Source: Sminthopsis crassicaudata (taxonomy: Eukaryota). Taken from it: 64,000 bases of DNA. A program made the translations under genes and the position numbers. The stretch covers positions 72,934,937 through 72,998,936 of the forward strand of contig NC_133617.1 of NCBI RefSeq assembly GCF_048593235.1, in the 5' to 3' direction. How positions within the stretch are numbered: position 1 is the first letter of the stretch; the number at the start of each line of letters is the position of its first letter. Of this stretch, positions 55,601-64,000 are shown piece by piece. The notes beneath the pieces are model-generated. The model searched no databases and was not told the origin of the DNA. It saw nothing but the letters and a program-made list of their open reading frames with translations.

Positions 55601-58570
55601 CCTTCCCCTTCCCCAAACCTGACGGTCTCAGCCCCAGCTCAGAGAACTCGCCTGAGTCTTCCCGGAGGGGAGAGGTGGCTCTGACTCGGTGTTTCTTCCA
55701 TCAGGTTGGAAAGGGGAGATAGAGCGGGTCAGTGCCTCGGTTTACCCATCCGTTCCTATGGGAGACCCCAAAGCCGATGAGCTCACTTCCGGAGTGGTCC
55801 AGCTCTCAGCGTGGGGGTGTGAGAAGTGGCAGTGGGTGGCGGGGTTATGTTTGGGGCAGGTCTGCATTTCCTACGTGCATAACCACACTCTTGTCTGAGA
55901 GCAGAAGGAGGAGGAACCTGCTGTTGTGTGTCCAGAGGAGTTTTTTCCTTCCGAAATCAACTGTCAATCAATCTGTGAATCTCCACAGGGCTTTGGAAGG
56001 AGAGAAATCATTCGGCAGATACTAAAAACCGCCAATGGGAGTGAATGGTCAAAGAGGCAGAAGTTTGGTTTAGTGAGTCCTCATGTGGATCTGAGAAGGC
56101 CACAGCTTAGGGTTCTGGTCCTTTTAGTCAATATTTAAATTCCATCCAACTCAAGGCCTAAAATTAGCATTAACTTTACTCCTCAAAGGAAATCAAGAGT
56201 TTTGTGTTTGCCTTCTTAAAGCAGCCAAAGGATCAGCCTGAAAATTCAAAGGAACACTGTCCTCTGCTGAATTTGGGGAGGCTCCTGTAAAATAGTCAAG
56301 CAATAGGCCTTTCTCTGGTTGGGAAATAGCCCAAAAGATTCACTGGTTCTTTTATGGGACTTTTGTCACAGCTTTAGACCAGCCATGTAAGTCCTGTCCT
56401 GGGCAGAGTTGCCTCTGGTTGAACTCCATCTGGCAGAGTATGTCATGGAACCCAAGGTTGAGTCCAGGGAACAAGGGGCCTCTGTCAGCTGAGCTGGGCA
56501 GGGCCATGATCCTGGGAGGGAGACAGACAAATCCTCCTCTGTTTCCAAACCAAGACTGATGCCCTCTCTCCTGCCTCAGATTTCCCCCCTCCCTAACCCA
56601 GGCAGCAGAGAACCAGGCCAAGAGCCAAAGCAACCATGCCGGACCAGACCCTCAATCTTGGGCTTACCCCTGAGGCTGGACTGTCTTCGGGAGTCTTAGG
56701 GCAAGGGCTTCTTAGGAAGACCCAGGCAGCAGCGCTAGTTGAAGGTACAGGGACCCACGCAAGGTGAATTTCCAGTCCCAGGGGTAGGTATTATATGTCA
56801 GGACCAAGCTGACTGTGGGAATAGAGACAGGGAAGGAACTGGCTCCTGTTTCTTTTTCTAATGGAGTTTGGGGGAGTTGGTTCCCTGCCACCTGTGTTAA
56901 GGGGACCACTCAGAGACTTTATCCACCCCATGAGGGGAGGCCCCAGGGTTATAGAGTAGCACCTACTGAAATGAGAGGAGGTGAGTGGGTGGGGGTGGGG
57001 AGAAGGGCGGGATACAATTGCACTCCTATATGGGAGAGGCTGGTCTGACAGAGAGCATGAAACTGGATGAACTGGGGAAGCTTTCTTTCTAGAGAGATTC
57101 TCTTTCCCCGCCCCTCTCCCCTTGCCCTGTACAACCTAGAAGAGGCCCCTTCTTGTTTTGAGTTGGGCCAGGAGACTCAAAATATGTCTCTGCAAGAATC
57201 TGGCTGTACAGATCCTGACACACATCTCTCCTTCCCGGTCTGAGCAATGTCTCCATTTGCCGTGTTTGGAAATTTCTCATTTGAAAGCTGGACACTCCCC
57301 CCAACTTCTTCTCATTCTCTCAGTGTCCTCCCCCCCCCTGTTCCCATGAGCTCCTCATGCTGCCCTTCCCCCCAGTCTTTTCTCCCTCATCAGTTCCCTG
57401 GACCGGATATGACTGGAGCATGGGCTCCACCCCAATCCAGAGGCCTTGCACATCTGGAATATATCTCAGCACAGGGGTCCTCCCCCCTCCTGTCTATCCC
57501 CCTGGGACACCCTGTCTGAGCTCACCCCCCACCCCCACCCCCATCCTGCTGATGACAAAGAGTTGTTTTTGAAAAAGAGCTGTCTCCTCCCTGACTCAGC
57601 CCCTCATCCCCATCCCCCCTAATGCACAAGACTGGACAAAATGTGTGTGTCCCTTTCTTAGTTCAGAGTGCCCTTCTAAGGCCAGAGGAAGTCTTTGGCC
57701 CCAGACTTCTTCAAGTTTGGGGGTGGGGCTTCAGGCTGAGCTTCAGAGTGGTATAAAGAGAAGGGCATGGATGAACTTTTGGCTGTGAGGGCCCAGTAAA
57801 CCCAGAGTTTAACCTCCGAAAAGAACACGAGTAACCCTTGTAGGACTCAGCCAGACTCCAGCCTCTCCTGCCCACCTGGAATCATTCTGATCCTTATCAC
57901 ACAAGCATTTTAGGTAATGGAGCTGTAACCCCAGCTGGGAGATGATGCAGAGCAGGTGACAAGGGTGCAGCCTCCCTCAAGCAGGCATGGGGCATCATGG
58001 ACCCAGTGTGCAAAAGCCCAGACCTGGGCACTTTAGGAGGAGGGTAAAGAGAAAGACCAAATCTACAGGTGGCTCACAATTTGGGTGAGGAAGTTTATGT
58101 CTGATTAAGTGCCCAGACTCATGGGCATAGTGGACATAGTACAGATTGGGTCTGTAGCTATTGAGGGAATGAAAAGGGGAGTCGGGGATGGGCCTCCTGT
58201 CAGGGCTGAATTTTGAACAAGGTTTGGAAGGAGAACAAGTAGTAAATGGTGATGAATAAAGGTTGGCAAGTGGCATTAAGCAAAATGCACGTTTGGGGGT
58301 CCTTGGTTCTTCTTGATGCCTTCCTGAACTTTTCACGCCTCACTTGGAGCATCAGGATCTGCCCTGGTGAAGGGCCACTGGACAAAGTGTCCAGAAGCTC
58401 AGGCCACTGTTCCTGCCCCTGGGTGGGGGGGGGTGTTCCATGGCTGCTCTCCAAGGTTAGGAAGGCCTCAGTTATAATTGTGTGGTGTGGAGATCAGCCC
58501 TTCCCCTGCCCCTAGATCTCTTCAGGTTGCTGACTGACTTGTGTTTTCCCCCCCCAGCTCTCACCACCCC

Positions 58571-58588
58571 ATGGCCTCAGCCTGCTGA
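58571..58588 (+). promoter_or_regulatory. Upstream ORF (MASAC*) in the S1PR2 5'UTR
   Basis: ATGGCCTCAGCCTGCTGA in exon 2, out of frame with the main ATG and stopping upstream of it. Confidence 0.7.
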
Positions 58589-58658
58589 GCCCACCTGGCT
58601 TTTAGTGGGGGTGTGGGGTGGGGTGTGGAAGAGCACCCCACCCCAGCGGGGGCTGGCC

Positions 58659-59711
58659 ATGGGCAGCCCCTATGAAGACTACCTGAATCCCCACAAGGTG
58701 TTTGAACACTACAACTTCACCAAGGAGACTCCGGCCCCCCCAAACACGCCATCCCGCCAGGCAGCCTCGGCTTTCATCGTCCTGCTCTGCTGCGCCATCA
58801 TCTTGGAGAACCTGCTGGTGCTGGCCGCCGTGGCTCGGAACAGCAAGTTTCACTCGGCCATGTACCTGTTCCTGGGCAACTTGGCAGCCTCAGACCTGCT
58901 GGCGGGTGCGGCCTTCATTGCGAACACGCTGCTGTCGGGCCCGAGGACGCTGCAGCTGACCCCGGTGCTCTGGTTTGTTCGAGAGGGCACGGCCTTCATC
59001 ACTCTCTCTGCCTCTGTCTTCAGCCTGCTGGCCATCGCCATCGAGAGGCATGTGGCCATCGCCAAAGTAAAGGTGTACGGCAGCGACAAGAGCTGCCGGA
59101 TGCTGCTGCTGATCGGGGCCTGCTGGGTGATCTCGCTGGCACTTGGGGGGCTGCCCATCCTGGGCTGGAACTGTCTGGGGCAGCTGGACGCCTGCTCCAC
59201 CGTGCTGCCACTCTACGCCAAGTCCTACGTCCTCTTCGTGGTGACCGTTTTCACGGCCATCCTGCTGGCTATTGTTGCCCTCTACGTGCGCATCTACTGC
59301 GTGGTGCGTTCCAGCCATGCAGAGCTAGCCGGACCCCACACCTTGGCCCTCCTGAAGACGGTGACCATCGTCCTGGGTGTCTTCATCATCTGCTGGCTGC
59401 CAGCCTTCATCGTGCTCCTGCTGGACACCTCCTGCCCCGTCCGGGCCTGCCCCGTGCTCTACAAAGCCCACTACTTCTTTGCCTTTGCCACGTTCAACTC
59501 TCTGCTCAACCCCGTCATCTACACGTGGCGCAGCCGGGACCTGCGGCGGGAGGTGCTCCGGCCCCTGTGCTGCTGGGGGCCTCGAACCCGCCAGAACCGA
59601 GGTGGGGCCCCTGGGCGCTGCCTCCTGCCCCTCCGAAGTTCAAGCTCCCTGGAGCGGGGGACGCACATGCCCACATCACCCACCTTCATGGAGGGAAACA
59701 CGGTGGTGTGA
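58659..59711 (+). CDS. S1PR2: Sphingosine-1-phosphate receptor 2 (EDG5), class A GPCR, 350 aa, single coding exon
   Basis: MGSPYEDYLNPHKVFEHYNFTKE...NSKFHSAMYLFLGNLAASDLLAG...AIERHVAIAKVKVYGSDKSCRML...NPVIYTWRSRDLRREVLRPL...PLRSSSSLERGTHMPTSPTFMEGNTVV* matches S1PR2; Kozak GCCATGG. Confidence 0.98.
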   Translation: MGSPYEDYLNPHKVFEHYNFTKETPAPPNTPSRQAASAFIVLLCCAIILENLLVLAAVARNSKFHSAMYLFLGNLAASDLLAGAAFIANTLLSGPRTLQLTPVLWFVREGTAFITLSASVFSLLAIAIERHVAIAKVKVYGSDKSCRMLLLIGACWVISLALGGLPILGWNCLGQLDACSTVLPLYAKSYVLFVVTVFTAILLAIVALYVRIYCVVRSSHAELAGPHTLALLKTVTIVLGVFIICWLPAFIVLLLDTSCPVRACPVLYKAHYFFAFATFNSLLNPVIYTWRSRDLRREVLRPLCCWGPRTRQNRGGAPGRCLLPLRSSSSLERGTHMPTSPTFMEGNTVV

Positions 59712-60678
59712 GGGGGGACAACTATGGCATCAGGAGGTGCATCTTGGGAACAACAAGGGGGTCTCTGAGGCATAAGGGGCTGGGGATGGCAGGTGAGACA
59801 AAATGCTCTTTCCCCAAAAGCCTGATGTCAGAATAGAGAGGAGTGAGGAGTGCTGCCCTGGGAACGCCTCATCTTTCCTACCCCCCCTTATTTGTTCCTT
59901 CCCTTGTGTAAATAGCTAAAGCCTTTAATTTCCATTTTCCCAGTTTCTACAGGCTTCAGGGACTCCTCCCTCTCTGTCCTTCCAACTGTACAAGTCCACA
60001 GCTTCCCCAAATCTTGACAGCTGACAGTTATAGCTCCTTCCTTTCCTCACCCCACCACATGCTGGGAAATCACAAGATGGGAAGGGGGAGGGTGGCCAAG
60101 CCCCATTCTCGGGCTTCTGTGGCTAAGTACACTGTAGGAGGGAGGTAGAGAATGAAGGGAGAAGAAGCTGAAATTCCTGACTTGATGTGGAGGATTGGGG
60201 GAACCGGGAGGAGGCCAATCTGTGGAAGGCCTCCCCCCAGGAGCCAGGTTCCCCCTCAGGTCTTCTCCTGTCATCTTCCCCACGGCCCCCCCCCCCCACT
60301 GGTTAGACCAGTTTGGGGAGTAGGGGAGTACTCCTGACATTCCAGACTGGGATTAGCTCTTATGGGGGTCACATGCTACATTCACCAGGGACCCCAAGTT
60401 CAGTCTTCCTTTTGCTTCATGGCTTGCCTCCCTAGTTATCCATTCTTTGCCAACCCTGACAAGCTATCATTTCATGTAGAAAACCTCTAACCCTAGCAGA
60501 CTGGCCATTATTACCCAGTTCAAGTTTTATTGAATGGGAGTTGGAAGAATGAATGCCCTGAGGCTTGCTGTCCTTCCATACCCCCTAAATCCACAGAAAA
60601 AATCTGGTATCCTGTGGATGAAAGGGAACCAAACGGTACAAATGAAAATGTATATTTATGTCTGTGAGAGTGTGTGTG

Positions 60679-60682
<4 letters not shown>

Positions 60683-60724
<42 letters not shown>
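60683..60724. repeat. (TG)21 microsatellite in the S1PR2 3' region
   Basis: Perfect dinucleotide run. Confidence 0.95.
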
Positions 60725-60729
<5 letters not shown>

Positions 60730-61165
60730 CTCCATCCCCCCACCCCTTTGTTTTTCCTCAGTAACTTGTAATTTTAATGTTCCACATTTTTGTTTCTCTG
60801 GTCTTTGTTGAAGTAACCCTAGGGTAGGGAGAAACAGTTCTCTCCTTCCGGTCCTAATGCTTTTTGTGGAATGACTGACTAGAAAGTCATTCCCATTGGG
60901 GGTGAGACCAGGATCTCACTCGGGGCCTGTTGTCCACTAATAGGACAAAAAGGTCCTCAAGGGACTCTGAGACTTTTTACCAAAGACAATTGCAATGAAG
61001 AAAAAAAGTGGGGAGAGGGACAGACTATGTCTGCCTTCTTGGGAAATCCCAAATAGCTCTCCCTTCATGAAGAGCTCTACCTTGGATTGATTAAAGCGGT
61101 TCAGTTTGACTTTTCTCAGGGTCTCCATTTTGAGCACTGTCTTCTGTGGGGGTCCTGCTGCTAGG

Positions 61166-61171
61166 AATAAA
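61166..61171 (+). terminator. Candidate S1PR2 poly(A) signal AATAAA
   Basis: Canonical hexamer about 1.45 kb after the stop; the true 3' end may lie further downstream. Confidence 0.35.
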
Positions 61172-64000
61172 GGAGACTTTTCTGTCCAGGCTTTGAGGAG
61201 CTGGCCTCTGGACACATATCTATTCGGGGGTTATATGGCTGGGGGTGTGTTGTCTGCCTGCCTATCTTGGTTGCTGCCAGGTTGACTCGGGTGCCCTAGA
61301 AACCTGTCTCTTTTTTTGCTCCTCCCCATATCCCAAAGATTGGATCTTGGTGGCTTCTAAAACGGGTTTGTCCTTTCACTCAGGGTAGCTACCTCTCAAA
61401 AACAAAACAACAAAAAAAAAAACTAATGATTTATTGATTCCCTAACATTTACTGCCGTCTAGGGACTTTTCCGTAGGCATTTGTCAGCAGGATAGGGGAG
61501 TTGAATGTACACTCAACAAGTTGGGAACACCATGTTCTCTGGAGGCTGTTTGATACACATTGGGCCACTCCCTGAAAAGACATTCCCTCCCTTTGCCCCT
61601 TCCCCCATTAGTAGGGCATTCTCCTGGGACAATCCCCCCTTTAGGATTCTGGGGAAACTGAAGCACAGGGGAAGCCACCTCCTTTCCAAGGATAGCTGAA
61701 GAGAACCCAGGCATCCAGACTTTTAGTGTCCTTTTAAACCATCCACACACCCCTTTTTTAGGAGGAAAAGAAGAGCAGTGATTTTCTACCCATCATCACC
61801 ACTACAGAGGGCTATTCTCCCATCCCCTCATCCCCACAGGAAGGTGAAGTCTGACAACTCCAACTAAGACATAGAAAACCTCCAAGTGTATGACTTCCAG
61901 AACCCCTCCCCAGTCAGCCCGACTTCTTGGGTTCCAGGATAACTTCCTTTTCTCTTTCCATTTACACTGGGCATAAAGTGAGGAAGCTCCTAACAGTGAA
62001 CTTTGGGTTTCCTCCCATGAGTTCTGGGCAGATGGGATAGGGGTTGGGATGTAGGTGGGAAGAAGAATAGTTCTTCAGATCATGAATTTCTATTTTTCTG
62101 TTAATACTCAAAATATACAACAACCCACAGAAGGAATGCTCTTAGATATGTATGTAAGGGTACAATCCCAAAGAAAACACCTATTTCCTATATATAGGCA
62201 CAGAAAAAAGTGCACTGCATACACACAGCTATTCCACACATATACTTAAAAAACCTGTTCAGAGAGACAGAAAAAGATCCGAGTTTCACAAAGACATTCA
62301 AGGTGCCCTCTTGGCTCAGGCACATACTCTTTTTAGACTAACCCTTTCCAGGGCCTCCAACTCCACTTAAGGCCAGGAAGAATGAGAGTTGGGAGACAAT
62401 CTTGTTTAGAAAGTTGAGTTTTTGGCCACAGGCTTTGGGGAGCAGCCCCTCCAGTGGATACAACCCCAAATGGCATTTGGGTGGGGCTATGTTGGGGGGA
62501 TTTTGAAGAGATGCTTACATGTGACACTTGGAAACTCATATTTTAAAATGAGCCATTGAGTTCTGTAGTTTCCCCCTTTTTTTGTGCCTCATTTTCCCTC
62601 TCTGTGGAATGGTAGCGACATTGACCCCCAGGTCCCAGTGAGGGAAAAAAGACTTTTGAGTCAGCTTTCTTTAATCCAGAATTGTCCCATAGAGATGGAA
62701 TGACCTATTCCCTCCAATTTTCTGGAGGATAGAATGGTTCCCATAAGTCAGACCCAGAAAAAAGTGGGGAGCTGAGCATGGATACAAAATGTTCTGGAGA
62801 AAGTTTGGTACCACACCCCATGTCATAGTTTGGGGATAGGTCAGGGAATCTGATCCCATACCCCATTTCTCCATAATACAACTCTCAAACCTACTCTGAG
62901 CCTCAGACAAGACTAGAATACCCAGTTCAGCAGGTAAGAGGGGGTATTTCACCAGGCTTTTTCTACTGTGTTTCAGTGAGAGCTTCCTGGGACATGAGTT
63001 TATGCAAAACTCAATGGCTTGACTGAGTCAGAGGTGTGGAAATAGGGTCATTCAAAGCCCAAAGGAGCTTTGGACACTGAAGGTTGCCTTGTGTGGTTCT
63101 GTTGGGCTGAGAAGGGGAGGTGCTAACAGTTTTAGGCCCCTGAACTTGTTTACATTTACTGTCCTCTACCTTTGAGAGAGGGAACTCAGTGAAGCCGCCA
63201 GTCCATGTGTGTACTAACCCTATTGCTTTGTTGATGACTCAGCTCCATTGGTCTTCTGGCTGACTGACCATTATGTCACTGGCAATGTACATTAACTACT
63301 GTGTCTGACCTTGGTTTGGCTGAGACTCAGATTCTTGATTATTCCACTTCTGAACTCTGTCTCTACCCTTGGGAGGCAGCTGTAATTGGGAACAGGAAAA
63401 ATGTTCAAAGTGAAAACTCTTGCATTAGCTTGAAGCCTCTTATAGTTCTGCACTTTTCCACTAAAATTCACTCACTAACACCCTAGAATGCCAGTTTGCA
63501 TAGATTTCTTTCTTTTCCTTTAGTGAATAAGAAAAAAAGGGGGGAGGGTCAGTTATAGGATGGCAGTCTTCAGATTCAAGCCCAGAGCTTTTGAAAGAAT
63601 CTCTAAAAATGGAAAGTTAATTAATTGCAATAAGATTTTGGGGTCTGCTGACTCTTAGGCATCCAGCATCATCAAATGGGCAATAGGAAACTAATGAATT
63701 ACATCAACTGACTGATACTGACAGGCCAATGCATCCTAACTGAACAAGTTGATTGACCTTGTTGCCTCAGTTGTCTCCTTTATAAAATGAGAGAGTTGGA
63801 TGACATGATCTCCTAGCTTTGAACTGAACCCTAAGTTTTTATGATGCTGACATTGACTGAATGAAAAATTAATTGATGCTGAAAAGACTGACACTGACAG
63901 ATGAGGTTGACTGACAGGTAGTTGATAAGACAGACTGACCCACATTGACTGTTAGGCAATAGTTGACAGATATAATGTTTAATTGGTTTGGTTAACAGAG

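Noticed and set aside
58482-58658. 59-aa N-terminal extension of S1PR2 in the ORF track
   Set aside because: It starts at a GTG inside the intron, upstream of the acceptor at 58557. The homologous protein starts at ATG 58659.
62186-62199. CCTATATATAGG palindrome as a CArG/SRF box
   Set aside because: It has eight A/T bases between CC and GG rather than the required six.

Overview
Mammalian genomic DNA, almost certainly marsupial and probably dasyurid, judged from WSINE1/MAR1-type CORE-SINEs, marsupial L1 3' ends and an RTE LINE. It is syntenic to the human 19p13.2 ICAM cluster in inverted orientation. Gene order: probable RAVER1 3' end, FDX2(+), ZGLP1(+), ICAM5(-), ICAM4(-), ICAM1(-), MRPL4(-), S1PR2(+). 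All seven gene models were rebuilt by hand from GT/AG junctions with phase checks. Six are intact. ICAM5 has two -1 frameshifts confined to its Ig-domain-6 exon, meaning a decayed or skipped exon, a truncated gene, or assembly error. Other notable observations: ICAM4 has a separate signal-peptide exon, unlike the human 3-exon gene; a young SINE with a 10-bp TSD and a CTCF-like motif sits 4 nt after the ICAM4 stop; the S1PR2 5'UTR carries a uORF plus a perfect 12-bp hairpin overlapping G-runs; ZGLP1 has an in-frame 90-nt optional intron; an L1-derived poly(A) signal lies upstream of the ICAM1 TM exon; a duplication relic flanks the ICAM1 D2 exon; and nested L1 insertions with intact TSDs and a foldback hairpin fill MRPL4 intron 3. 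Homology calls rest on recalled protein and repeat sequences; no database was searched. I found no convincing wholly new gene system, so the novelty is lineage-specific remodelling of a known locus.
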